From: Camelus ferus
Lineage: Eukaryota
NCBI RefSeq assembly: GCF_009834535.1
Contig: NC_045697.1
Location: forward strand, 73,534,001-73,598,000
Direction of reading: 5' to 3'
DNA: 64,000 nucleotides
The notes below the pieces were generated by a model. The model worked only from the letters and a program-made list of their open reading frames with translations, did not search any database and was not told the DNA's origin. The first letter of the stretch is position 1. Every line of letters begins with the position of its first letter. Below, in pieces: positions 37,771 through 49,800 of this stretch. The position numbers and the translations under genes were made by a program.

Positions 37771-40067
37771 AATACAGTGTTTTTAACAACAGATTTGACT
37801 ACACTCTCACAGACAAGTCTCCTAATCTTGAACCTCAAAGGGTTTGACCCAGATGCATGAAAATCTTTCCTAAGTGAAATAACTGTGCTATACTCAGGCT
37901 CTCAAGCCCTGAGAGATGAGCATCATTTCTAGAATGGGACTGTGGTACCCTGACAGAGTTTAAAGCCTGAGGAGGCAATTACTATTTCTGATTGTGTTAA
38001 CCTGTGTATAATTATGTAATTACCTACAAAATTTAGGCAGAGTGTTACATAGCTAAATCATTAACTTTAACAATTGACAAGCTGCTTTGATTAGCATTTT
38101 CATAGTGTAAGATAACATACTTTTGTCAGCTTCCACATGATTAGTTACGATTGGGAATTTATTTATGCAAAACGTTTTTATTGCCTGTTTGGAGAAACAG
38201 AGCAGGAGAGTAAGGGCAGGGGAGTCCCGTGCCTCCCTCTTGGCTCAACCCAGGAAATGGCAGTGATGAGAAAATACAGGCGAGGTCCTCGTTATCACCC
38301 CCCAGATGGCATATAATTTTAGTGTCAGGTTAGAAGAGCACCTAGAGAATTCAATTTGGGAGAACTGGGCTCTCCTTTGGCAAATGAGACTAACAAGGAC
38401 ATCAGCGTTACGAGGCATCAACTCAGACTGTCATATATGCAACTGCTGACTTGGCCAGGCAGCCCCTCCAACAGCATTGATCAGTGCAGCTGCTCTTCTA
38501 AGGAAAATGCATGTCAATATATTTGTTATTTATTTTCTAGCAGAAACCCAGCAGCAGCAGCAGCAATGTTTGAGAGAATTCTCTGACATGTCTCATTTCC
38601 TATCAGTCTTAGGTGCTAGTGACTGTACACACACGTTCCTATTAAGCTAACATCTCCGAATGCAGCTAGCTATTGGACAAGAAAATCCTTTCATTTCTTG
38701 GCTATGACGGGCCTGTGTGATGCCAAATTTCAACTCTCTATGGAAGATAGAAAGTCCTCGGGACGTGAAGCCTTTCTTGTTTCCCCAGGCAAATTGGCTG
38801 GGCTTGTTTGTCTGAAGGAGGCGATTACCAAAAGTGGCTTAGAGAAATTTTAAAGTAAAATTAAAAATAAAGATTCCACCAGCTACTATGCATATACTGT
38901 CTTTCCCTTTTGAGGGAAAATGTTTGGGGTGGAGATGGAAGTAATCAAAAGGGGTTTACACGAGTAACACATTCTAATTTGGAATGAAAAATAAAAAAGT
39001 GTGTGATTTGCCCTGGAGATTGGAAGGTGAGACCATCCTTCCAAAAGAATTTGCAGAGGAAAATGGACCCTTAGCTTTCATGATTCTTTCCTTTCTCTCT
39101 GCATTTTTAGGACGTTGTATTCTAGTGAAAATGCCTAGAAAGGAATAGTTTCATATGATCGTCATTTATTGTCTCCCTTCCTAAAAGAAGAAAAAAAAGA
39201 AAAGAAAAGAGATAACACGCGACATGCAGTTTGTTTGTCAAGAAGAGCAGAGAGCGCCATACCACGTGAAAGATTTTTCCTTTATCAGATTAGGAATGTC
39301 CAACTTCACAATCAGAAAGTATTGATCTCTCAGAATCAGACATGTCTGTTGCCATGTCTCACAAGCATGAACATCTGCTCCATCTTTCACAATAAGACTT
39401 TTCCCCACAATCAGACAGCCTACTGTCTTTGAGATCTGAGCTCGCAAGCTTAATTATACTGTTTTTAAACCTTCATGATTGAGCATACACACAGCCAGGC
39501 CACTCCCGCACTGTCATTCTTATCTTTCCAACTCTCTAAATATAATTTAAATGTAGAACTTTTTTAAAATTTCAAATCAGCATCCAGCCTTAACATTGTT
39601 CTTCACTTGGTACTAACTCCACCTTTCCTGACCATGGCACTCTAACGGTTCTTATCAATTTAAGGAATATCTACCTGCCTGAAAATTTAGAGACTAAATC
39701 CTACTCTACTTCTAACTTTACAAGTTATCTACTCCATTATGCAAAAAAGAAATGTTATATGATACTTTATCATATTCTTCTGCTTTTGCAATAAGATAAT
39801 CACTCTTAATTTTTTATTATGTATTATTTTTGTGTCTCCTTTCCATGGAGACATAGATACAAATGTTTGCAGTACATTTGGCAGGTGACAACATGTACTT
39901 CCTCTGTCAGAGGACGCCTACCCAACATTGCAAAATACCAGTAAAGAAAAAGGAGTCGGAAGTCACCTGGGTGCTGTAGGTAACGTGTTGTTGAAGAGTC
40001 TTCCTTCATGGGCACATCATGTTCAATAAGGCCATTTTGCAGCCTAAAGAAATAAATCATGTGTCTT

Positions 40068-40078
40068 TCTTTGTTTTG

Positions 40079-40109
<31 letters not shown>

Positions 40110-40110
40110 T
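40068..40110. repeat. (TTTTG)n microsatellite
   Basis: About 7 pentamer units. Confidence 0.95.
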
Positions 40111-40412
40111 CCTAACTACAACATATTTGAATCCAACCCCTCAGTTGAAACTCAGGTCTGAGATGATGCTCAGGGATCAGGTCAGGAATGGGATACAATG
40201 GATGTTTGGAATGGAGCGAGATTTGGGGTACTACGAGGAATGATGTGAGTCTCAGTGAAGAAGGGAGGAATGGGGAACCCTGGGAAGGTGTACCATAAGG
40301 AGTGCCTTTGCACATATTACTTGGTAACAATAAGCTGTACTTATATTTTACTATAGCTGTTTGAGACATGAAGATGACAATGTCAAAAACAAATCAAATC
40401 AAATCTCTAAAC

Positions 40413-40592
40413 CAAGGTTTCTTTGTTGTAGCCCGCCATCCTGTGCACCGTAAGATGTTTACCAACATCTGTCGCCTCTACCCACCAGATGCCAGTAGCC
40501 TTTCATTCAGGTGTAACAACCTAGAATGTCTCCAGGCACAGCCAAATGTCCCCTGCCTGGGAGGTGAAACCATCCATCTGAGAACCATGCTT
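40413..40592 (-). mobile_element. MER20-like hAT MITE
   Basis: 'tcctgtgcac.gtaagatgttta.ca.catc..cctctaccca.cagatgccagtagc..aatgtctccag..gccaaatgtcccctg..tgagaacca'. Confidence 0.88.
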
Positions 40593-42084
40593 CTGAAGAC
40601 CTTAAAATGTCTCACTTTACTTGCGACTTCACAGGTATCCCTAATATTACCTGCTGTAGGGTTTTCAGGGCAAAGCAAGGAGCCTTAGAGTTTCAACAGT
40701 CCATACTCATGACCATTAGTAATGGTTAAGCAGCCGCCCGGTTAGTTACAATATCAGGAAAGAAAGTTGATGACTCAGCTTTACCACAGATTTATGAAGA
40801 CCCAGCCCCAGCTCTGTTCCCCACAGTACGATCCGCACGACAAGCAGGCCTGGTATCTCCACATCATACTTCCGGAACACTCACACTACAGGCACGTGAT
40901 ACTCTGCCTACAGGACACCCCTCTTCACATTTAACATTCCATTGAAAAAATCTTAAGAAAAGTTGAGGTTGGAACCTAGAAGAGGGAAGTCAGTTTTTTG
41001 AGACATTCTCTTAGAACCCACCAGTTTTTCTCACAGAACAAAAGAGTAGTCTTGTCTCTGGATGAAAATAATATTATTTCCACGTTAGCACACTCAAAGG
41101 TCCATGGTAAGTTTTTCCTTCATTTAAAAATTAACCGTAAGCCCCTTCACATTTCTACGATTCTTACTAATTTGGCCTTCATTTAAAGGATCCAAACAGA
41201 ATTGTATAAAGACAGCAAAATCTATATAATAGAATTTTATTAGAGTTTTATAAGTAGTAGATTTGCTTTTAAATTTGAGAGTTATATTACTGTCAAGCTT
41301 ATAGAAACAATACATTTTACATAATTTTACATTTCCAAGGATATGCCAGCCTTTCTTTTTCTAATCTCATAAACTTTTCTAAATTCTTTAGGAAATGAAA
41401 GATTCTGAAAATCAGAAAAGTTCCTGTTATTTCCTAAACAGCATGCAAAGCTGTTGCATAATCTCAGAAAAAGATAGACAGGACAGACCTTACAAATATA
41501 TTTTAAAGCTCTGAAATGCAGACAAGAATATGTAAATTGAAAGTAAATTTATTTTAGTGAACTGGCAAGAAGGGAAAAAATATAGGGCCATATGTTACCA
41601 TCAGTTTTGCTATGCATATTTGGGGGGGGGGAGTTTCTTAAGCCAGGCATTTTCAGTCCATAAAATGCCTTCCATAGGTAACCACAAGCTGGCAGAAGTA
41701 GCCGGCAAGTGCTGAAAGTTAGAAATGAGGACAATGCTTTTATTGGTGGCTGAGCAGAATTGGGAACTCGATCTAAGAGGAATGGAGATGAGGGTATGAC
41801 CATTTTATGTAAGTGATCATGGTATCAGTGAGGAAGGAACTCTTCACGGGAAATGGAAGTTCTTTGTTTCACCACCTTTCCTCCTGCTGGTCTCCCTACT
41901 CACAGAGGAGCAAATCTGAAAATCACCTATGATAAAAAGAATGTGGATTCTGGCTCACATCTCTGTTCTAGGCACCAAGGGATTTTTTTTCTTTCATGCT
42001 TTGCTTCAATAAAAATATCACAATACACAGCAGGTCAGTTTGAGTTCTGGCCATAGGCACAAATCATAAATGATGTGGATTTAA

Positions 42085-42212
42085 ATATACATAATATGTT
42101 GCCTGAAAGCAAGGCTGTGTCTGTTCTAACTATAATCTGCAATGCGGTAACAATGCCTGGCATACAGTTAAGTGCTTGGTAATTTTTATTGAATGAATGA
42201 GTGAATGAATAT
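42085..42212 (+). mobile_element. L2 3' end
   Basis: 'caatgcctggcatacagt.aagtgct..ttgaatgaatgagtgaatgaat'. Confidence 0.8.
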
Positions 42213-42504
42213 CACAAGCAACCATTATTTTGTGCATGACACCAGAAGTTCATATATTTTAAATTAACAATTATTCTCCTCTTGGTATGTGCTTGTATGT
42301 GTGTGTGTGATTCTATTTTGTGTGAGATTCTATTTGGACTCTGCACATTTCCACGAAAGATTAAAGATTGCTCAGTGAGGACATGATTTGATATGTGTGT
42401 ACCCTTTAGCGTTTATAAAGCATTTTCCTGTGGCTTGTAATAAATGAATTCAGAGGACAAAATCCCAACTATTTCAGAAGACAGAATTCTATTTTCTAAC
42501 CGAG

Positions 42505-42670
42505 GCCACAAGCAGACAAGTGACTGAATCTCTAATCTTCTATTTCTTAATCTATGAAGTAACAATAACCCAGCTCTCATAGGGTTCCTGGGAGGATTAA
42601 ATGAATTGACATCCGTGAAACTGCTTGGTGGAATGTAAAGTACTGGATAAATGTAAGTAGGGTTACTGAA
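42505..42670 (+). mobile_element. MIR fragment
   Basis: 'caagtgact.aatctct..ctcatagggtt..tgggaggattaaatga'. Confidence 0.75.
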
Positions 42671-42784
42671 GTTATTCTGAGAGAACAAAGAACACAGAGG
42701 AACATTAAGATTCACATAAGAGCAACTATATGGCCTCCTGGACTCCAAGGAGTTAAAAGTTCCAAGGCACCAAAGAGTAACCAA

Positions 42785-42940
42785 GAGTCGCAGGTTCCAA
42801 GGGTGACTGTAGCAGATTTGCTGTGAGACTTGCTAGAACTCTTGAGCATTTTTGTACCTCAGTAACATTGTCTGGATAATGAAGCCCTCATACAATTCCC
42901 TGAGGTTCCTTTCTGCTCCAAGGTTTTATGATTCTATGAC
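42785..42940 (+). mobile_element. MIR3-like fragment
   Basis: 'gctgtgagacttg..cctcagt..tccctgaggttcctttctgctc..atgattctatga'. Confidence 0.6.
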
Positions 42941-42999
42941 GGAAACAGATGGATGAGGCACCTGGAACAGAATCCAAAAAGTAAGACCAGACTTGAGGA

Positions 43000-43505
43000 A
43001 AGTGCTAGAAAAAAGAAGGGAGTATGGTTGGTCACTTCTGGTGGCCAACTTACAGCTCCTTGGCTCAGCTTTCAATCCAGTCAGAACTGCAGCAACCAGC
43101 TTCCCTCAGGTGTAACCTCACTGCACAACATGGACCCCTCAGGAAACCCACCAGGCACTCACACATGGGCAGCCTGAGAGTGTGAGGAAGTCAGACCCCA
43201 ATGAGGAAAGCTTTCGTCAGCAGAAGACAAGATCCAGTGGACACAACTCCCCTCTTCTGTCCCTCAAGTGCACATATCTGAGGCGATGCTCTAGGGTTTC
43301 TCAGAGTCCTGGTAGGACAAAACCCCAGGTCCCCTCAGGGGTGGCCGACTCAAGACTTCATCCTTTACTGGCTTTTTCCCTCTTCTCTGTTTCATGGTTC
43401 CTAACACACCACTTCTGTCCCTTGGGATCACTTCCCAAATTCAGCCACCTGAACACAGAGACCTTGCCTCACACTACATTTTGTTGGTAAATCACAGACT
43501 AAGAA
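43000..43505 (+). mobile_element. LTR16-like ERVL LTR (5' LTR)
   Basis: 'gggcagcctgagagtg', 'tgggatcacttcccaaat..ccttgcctca..gactaagaaa'. Confidence 0.75.
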
Positions 43506-45580
43506 ACAAGTGGCCTTGGGGGCAGTCCCTCAGGATGGGTTTGGAACTGAATCACTCAACAACACACTGCAGTAAAGACCTCATTGCTGTAGTAGCAGGT
43601 GAAGTCCTGATAACCCTTAGTACGCTGTACCATCACCATTACTGAGCTAGCACCAGCATTTAGTTGAGAGACAATATAAGTCGTAAGAATCCCAAGGAAG
43701 CATTTAGAGAGGCTCTTGTCTCCTGCAGCTGCCAAGCAGACTTTGCTAAAATTTAGGCCCTGGATTTAATTGTGAGCAGATAGAATGCATGGGTTAAATA
43801 ACTTTTATATGCCAATGTCAAAGACATGACAGAAAAACCAGTGGCATTCCAGGGCCTGAGATGGGGGCACTGTGTACCAGGAGGTTAGACTGTAAAGCTG
43901 CATGAAAGAAAATCTACTGACTTCAAGCATTCATGTTTCAGGAGTTAACATTCTAGCAATGAAACCTAGAAGCAGTCTCAATATGCTGGGTCAGGTGCTA
44001 GGGTGGTGCTTGAAGTTTGGTCTATAGTAAGTGGTTCGGGGATATCAGAACTGCCTTAGCAGAGGATCAAGGAGGAAGTCATAAGCCTCAGAAAAAAAAG
44101 AAATAATAGAATGGTTTTTTAAAAATGAGAGACCAAAGAATCTACACCTGTGAGCCTGCCATGCCAACAAAATACTAGGGGTCAAAAGGTCTGGAGCAAG
44201 CTAAGACATCCCCAAACCCCACCCCAACGCTGTAAGATAAAGGACAAGTCACTGGGCCTCGCACCTCACAGGCTGGGCATGCAGCATACAGTGAGCCTAC
44301 TTGGATGTTGGAGACAATGTGCACTGCCCTTGGGAATACTTCTCAAACCCATTTATCTGATGGCGCAGAAGGTTGCCGGTTTTGAGTAGATTTCAGAGCA
44401 AGAGACGGCATTACAGAAGTTCCTAACTGCGGCACAAGCTGCCCTGACCAAGAAGCCACATGACACAGCAGATCCAATGGTTCTAGAGGTGCCTGTGGTG
44501 GGTTCTGATGCTGCACGTGGTGTCAGGTATGTTTCCTGAGGAGAGTCAATGCAGAGAACTCTTCTCCATTTGAAAAGCAGTTCCTGGCTTGCCACCAAGC
44601 CTTAGTAGAGGCAAAACACCTTGACCACAGGGTATAGTGAATATGCCACCAAAGCTATCCATTCTAAGCTGAGCATTACCCCAACTGCTGAGCCATAAGT
44701 CTGGGTAAATGAGGGAGTGACCCATTATTAGGTGTATTGTATGCAGCAGGTCCAGGGAGTACAAGGAAATTCTATGAACATTTGAGCCAGAATCTTATTT
44801 CTCATACTTTTGTTGCACGACGCTTTCTCTCAGCTAAGGCCTAAAGCCTCATGTGGTGTTGCCAACGGTATAACCCAAACAGCAAAAGAGGAAAACGTGG
44901 ACGAGATCATCAATGGTTTATCTTGATATGTTGGTACTGGTCCAATCTGGACCACTGATGTTACTGAACAAAAGTCCATGTGCCTGATGCCCAGTGAGGC
45001 CAAATGAACGGAAACATGGTAGTTTGGAACAGAGAAAGATATATTGCAGGGCCAAGCAAGGAGGACAGGCAGCTCACACTCAAAAAACCTGAGCTCCCTG
45101 ATGGTTTAGAGGGAAAAGTTTTATGGGAAAAATCTGGGGTAAGGGCAGCAGGATGGTGGTAACAGGGCAGTGCTCCAGGCATCTTGTGCTCAGCCTGAAG
45201 GTACCATCCTCCACCTGGATGAGGGTCTTACTTCCTGCAGAAGAACTCAAAGATATTGTTTCTTATATATATATTTCTTGAGGAGGAAGCAGGACCTTGT
45301 CCCAAGGCTGCACTATTATTTCCTGCCTCTTCCTCCCTTGTTCTGCATTTCCTCCCTTCCTTGATTAGCAACTATTTGAATCTGCCCTTTGGAACTCAGG
45401 GTAGGTCAAGGAGGCTGAATGAAGCCTATGCCCTACTAACAAGCAATGGGGGACACGAAAAGGATTTGTACCAGGGAGGACCCCACAGGGTCCTGCTCCA
45501 TTTCATGGATGCACTACAGGGCCCCACTCCAGGAAATCCTGAGGTGAAGGAAAATCCCCAAAGGCCTTTTCTGCTCTGAT
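43506..45580 (+). mobile_element. ERVL-class internal remnant with decayed pol (interrupted at 44959-45505)
   Basis: Reading through one TAG gives VSLLGCWRQCALPLGILLKPIYLMAQKVAGFE*ISEQETALQKFLTAAQAALTKKPHDTADPMVLEV. This matches the ERVL Pol pattern VGLFGFWRQHIPHLGVLLRPIY..FEWGPEQEKALQ..AALPLGPYDPADPMVLEV. Confidence 0.85.
44959..45505 (-). mobile_element. Younger ERV1-class solo LTR (resembles cetartiodactyl MER41-like LTRs)
   Basis: TG...CA ends; the minus strand starts tgaaatggagcaggaccctgtgggg; ERVL sequence resumes on both sides. No clean TSD. Confidence 0.7.
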
Positions 45581-45689
45581 GTTCTAGGACAGAACAGGCA
45601 TCTGGGAGCGCCTGCGGGAGCGCCTGCAGGAGCACCAGAATGGATGGCCCTATCAAATAAGCAGGTACTGGACTTCCCTCGTGCCACTC

Positions 45690-46150
45690 CCTTGGCCTGT
45701 CCTGTACTTTAGTCCTCGCTGCAGTAACAGGAAACAGAACGAATCCTGATAGCGCCTTGTCTCAGCTACTCCAAATATCACTTGCTTTACGCTCTGGGGC
45801 TTCAATGACTCCAGAGAAGCACGGGACACTTCGGAGAATTGCCAGGCGCTCTCAAGAGAGCAGCCTGGAAGTGAAAGGGAGATAATGTCCCATTAACAAC
45901 CCTTTTGTCAGCTTCTTGGGAACCTTGAAAAAAGAAAAGACAACCTCAGATTAGCTAATTATCAACTCAAGTCATGCTGCGCAGGTCAGAAGGCCTCCAA
46001 GGCAGTGTTTAAAGAGACCCACTAGGTATGAATGTAAGTACAGCTTAGAAGTGCAGGAATGTTACCGCCCTGGGAATTCACTTCCCAAAACAAACTACTC
46101 CCAATCAAGCCCTTGTTGTAGAGTCTTTTCCTGCTGGGAAAGCTAGGCTC
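45690..46150 (+). mobile_element. LTR16-like LTR (probable 3' LTR)
   Basis: 'gcagcctggaagtg..ttttgtcagc' aligns with 43169-43221, and 'cacttcccaaa..aaactac..ccttgt' aligns with the end of the 5' LTR. Confidence 0.6.
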
Positions 46151-46679
46151 CCCCAGAGAGGGACGACTAGGAAGCAGGGCTCCTTAACTGGAAACCTGGC
46201 TCTGCTAGTAATTCATGAATGCACGGATTGAACACAGGAAATGGTATTAAATGCAAATGACCACCCCCTCTTGCTGATATCTTGCATCTTAGCCAAGAGA
46301 ATTTGCTTTGTGTGCTTTGTAGTGGTGGTGGGAGAGGGAAATTCCTCAGGGAAATATGGTGAGAGGATAAAAGACCCACCTAGAAAGAACTTCCCCAGCC
46401 TGTCAATCAGTGATGACTGACCTTCCTCCGCTGTAGACGGATTTTTAATCCCATACTTGGATGAAACCACATTATATCTCCTCAAGGGTTTCTTGGCAGT
46501 TTCTCTGTTAATTCAGGAATCCCAGTCTCCTCAAGCTACCTTGACATTTTCCATATTGGGTTTGAAGTGGGAGTCAACAGCCTGGGTTAGTTAGCCATCT
46601 TATCAAGAAGACATTTTAATTTTCCAATCAAAAATAAAATTTAACCGTGCACTATTTACAGGATCCTGAGGAACATTTA

Positions 46680-46792
46680 TCTTAGCATCCTCATCTGTGA
46701 AATAAAGGGTTGTTATAAAGATTACATGATACTATCTAGAGTTGTGTCTTATACACAGTCATGCTCAATAAATATTAGCTGTTATTATTAAT
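46680..46792 (+). mobile_element. MIR 3' fragment
   Basis: 'tcctcatctgtgaaat..agggttgtt..tgctcaataaatattagctgttattatta'. Confidence 0.75.
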
Positions 46793-47500
46793 ATACATGA
46801 ATTAAAGTTATCTAATACACATATTCATTGGTCTATAATGAATAAAGGTACCTCCTAGTGACTGCGCAATAGGAAGACCTACTCCAAAACTGGATGCTTC
46901 TCACTATAGCCCTGCCATTGACTCTGTAAGAGTAGAAACCCAAACAGAACAGGGGAGCCCCAGAATGGCAGAGAAATTAGATCAAACACTTAAGATTTGC
47001 TTCAAAAGGGCACACGTTTCCCTAGAATCGTCTTCCGTGTGGCAGGATATAAAGTTAAATACACCATGTAAGCCCTGGAAGAAGCAGGGGTGGAACCAAG
47101 ACCAAACAATCTCTTCAAAATTTTAGAATTCAATTATTGTAGAATCAAAAACTTGGGCTTTGGAAACTTATTTTTTACCTTTTTATTTCCTGTCTTTTCT
47201 CACCTTCTTCTCCTTTATTACCTGAAGGTTTTGTTTGTTTTGTTAGCCTTTGGGGGAAACGTAGTGTCACCATTTGAGCTGAAGTGGAAACAAGACAGCA
47301 GTGTGTCCCCAAAAGGCACACATAGTGAAGGCAGCTCATCAAGATGAGGCACCCCCAAAAGGGAGATCAATTTTAGGGTACACAGTGAGGAGGTGTGGTC
47401 CAACTAAAAGTCTTGTTTACGGCCACACAGAGACCTCTTCAGAGACATCTTAAGCCTTGGAGATTTCTCTGAGAGTTTATCTGAAGGAAGCCAACATCTT

Positions 47501-47989
47501 TTTTTGTTTTGTTTTGTTTCAAGTTTTATTTTTAGTTTTATTTTTAAAATAAGACTTGTATAGATTAGGGCCTCATGATGATTTGATGTACATATACATA
47601 GTGAAATGATCACCACATTCAAGCCAATTAACCTGTCTTCTCATATATTTATCATTTTTGTATGTGATGAAAGCACCTGAAATCTACTCTCTTAGCAAAT
47701 TTTCCTCAATACAGTATGATTAACTATAGTCCCCATGCTGTACATTAGATCTCTGGACTTACTCATCCTACATTAACTCCAACTTCGTACCCTTTGACCA
47801 ACATCTCCCCATTTCCCCCACCATCTTGCCCCTGATAACCACTGGCTCCACTCTCTGCTTCTACATATTCAAATGTTTCAGAGTCAACATATAAGTGAGA
47901 CCATGCAGGGTTTTTCTTTCTGTGTCTAGATTATTTTACTTAGCATAACATCCCCCGGGTTCATCCACATTGCAAATGGCAGGATCTTA
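47501..47989 (-). mobile_element. L1MA-type L1 3' end
   Basis: 'aaatctactctcttagcaaattt..catgctgtacattagatctct..catataagtgaga'. 17-bp TSD with 2 mismatches (47484-47500, 47990-48006). Confidence 0.9.
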
Positions 47990-48289
47990 AAGGAGGCCAA
48001 CCTCTTAAAACAGCATCAGAATCAGGCATCTGTCACAACTGCCATTTCTAAATGCCAAGGCCAAATATGAGTCAACGCTTCCAAAATACACACAGAAACA
48101 TCAGACTGTGGCTACTCTATATGATCCTAAAATGGCTCAGTGGTTTATATAAGGATCATCTCTAATAGCTATCTGTTCATTCATTTTCGCACCGCTTGTA
48201 ACTCTAGCATGAGCCTATCTATGTGAGTGACGTCAATAAACAACAACAAAAAAGTTCAAAAATGAAATCAAGTTTAGATCATCCTTCAT

Positions 48290-49800
48290 AATTATTACCA
48301 GCCCTTTCATGCAGTTGCTTGCCTAACATTTGTCCTTCAACCCCATAGGAAGCTCTTGCCTCAGGACCCTTTTTTTCTTTCTTATGGACACCCTCATATC
48401 TTTACTTCCTTTCCTATTAAGCTTACATTTCTTAATCCATCATTTAAATTCCTCTATTGTCAGTAATCTGCAAGTCTCCTTCTCTATTTTCCTTCCAAGA
48501 GAGTAACAACTGACAAATCCCTGGGCTCAGACGAATCCAACTTTTCATTCTCCCCAATTCTACATCAGGACTGCTGAGTGCCACATGCATCACTCAGTTC
48601 TGTAAGCTGTTGTCATGACAGACCTGAGGTTTCCAATCTTTGCTGAGTCCTCCAGACTGCCTGACCACCACGTACATGAAGGATTCTCAACCCTGGCTAC
48701 ACATTAGACTCCTGGGGAGATTTTTAGAAATCCTGATCCCTGGGCCTCATCCTAGACCAATACAATTAAATCCTCTGCTGGCAGGATCAAGGCATCCATA
48801 AATTTCAAAGTTCCCCCAAATGATTCCAACACACAACCAGGGTTTAGAGTAGTGTTCTCAGCCTTGGAAGCACATAACAATCATCTGGGAAGTTATTCAG
48901 AGTACTGATTCTGGGTTTCCCCTGTCATGTATTCTGATGTAATTTGCTTAAGGTACAGTCTGGGAGTTGTGATGACTGTCCAGACAATGCCAATGTGAAG
49001 ACAAAGGTAAGACCCACTGGTGAGTCACAATTCCTCAGGCCTCCAGCTTTCTCCTCCCAACTCACAGCAGATGATGGCCTTGCATCCTCCAGAGAGAGAA
49101 AGTAGAATCTATCAGAAAAAAACTCTCTTATCCTTCTTTCTGCCATTAAAGTCACAGGCAAACCTTCTCCTGTCTATGGTTAGTCCCTTCACTTCTTTTC
49201 TGGCTCTGTCCCTTCCCATATCCTCTGTGATTTCTCTCCATCAATTACTCCCATCCTTTCACTCTGTCTGCTGCCCATCAGTACTTAACGTGCTCCACTC
49301 TCACTCATTCCAAAGAAAACCTTTCGTCCTCCCCACATCTGCTTTCAAGTGCTGTCCTATCTCTATTATCTGTTCAGAAGCAAACTTCTCGAAACTGCCA
49401 CCCTCCCTGGCTGTCTCCTCCTCACTTAGTTGTTACTCCTTTACATGTCGTCCTCCGTATATTCCCAACAACTCCAAAGAAACCAGTGACCTCAATGCCA
49501 CTAAACCCAGCATGCACTTCTCAGCCTTTGTCTTCATGAAATCCTCAGCCGAGGCTGACCCTGCTGACTTCACCCTAACTTCCTGAAATTCCCCACTGCC
49601 TCCTTGGTTTACATAACTCGATACTCTCAAGTTTTCCCATTGGCTCCACGAATGCGCTTCCAACTGCAGTGGCAGGCTCTGGTCCCTCTGTTCCTTTAAA
49701 GGCTGCCATCCCTCAGACTGCGGCCATTGGCACCCTCTGCTCTCAGGTCACACGTACATGGCTGTCCCAGTATGTGCTCATCGCTCCTTGGTGGATATGT
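48290..49800 (+). mobile_element. L2 ORF2-region fragments interrupted by MER5 elements
   Basis: L2-like 'ccagtgacctc.atg..ctaaaccca..cacttctcag.ct..tcctcagc..ctcctTggttt..actctc'. Confidence 0.65.
48678..49019. mobile_element. Two adjacent MER5-family hAT MITEs (junction ~48850)
   Basis: Two units, each 'ttctcaa/gcc.tgg..cacat..ctggg.ag..ctgat..ctggg' and ending 'ccagggttt' or 'agacccactg'. Confidence 0.75.

Noticed and set aside
44959..45505. Interferon-inducible enhancer in the MER41-like LTR
   Set aside because: I found no intact TTCNNNGAA motif in this copy, and the family call is itself tentative.
49020..49586. 188-aa ORF
   Set aside because: It is Ser/Leu/Pro-rich, has a non-ATG start and lies in pyrimidine-rich L2 sequence; no recognisable domain.
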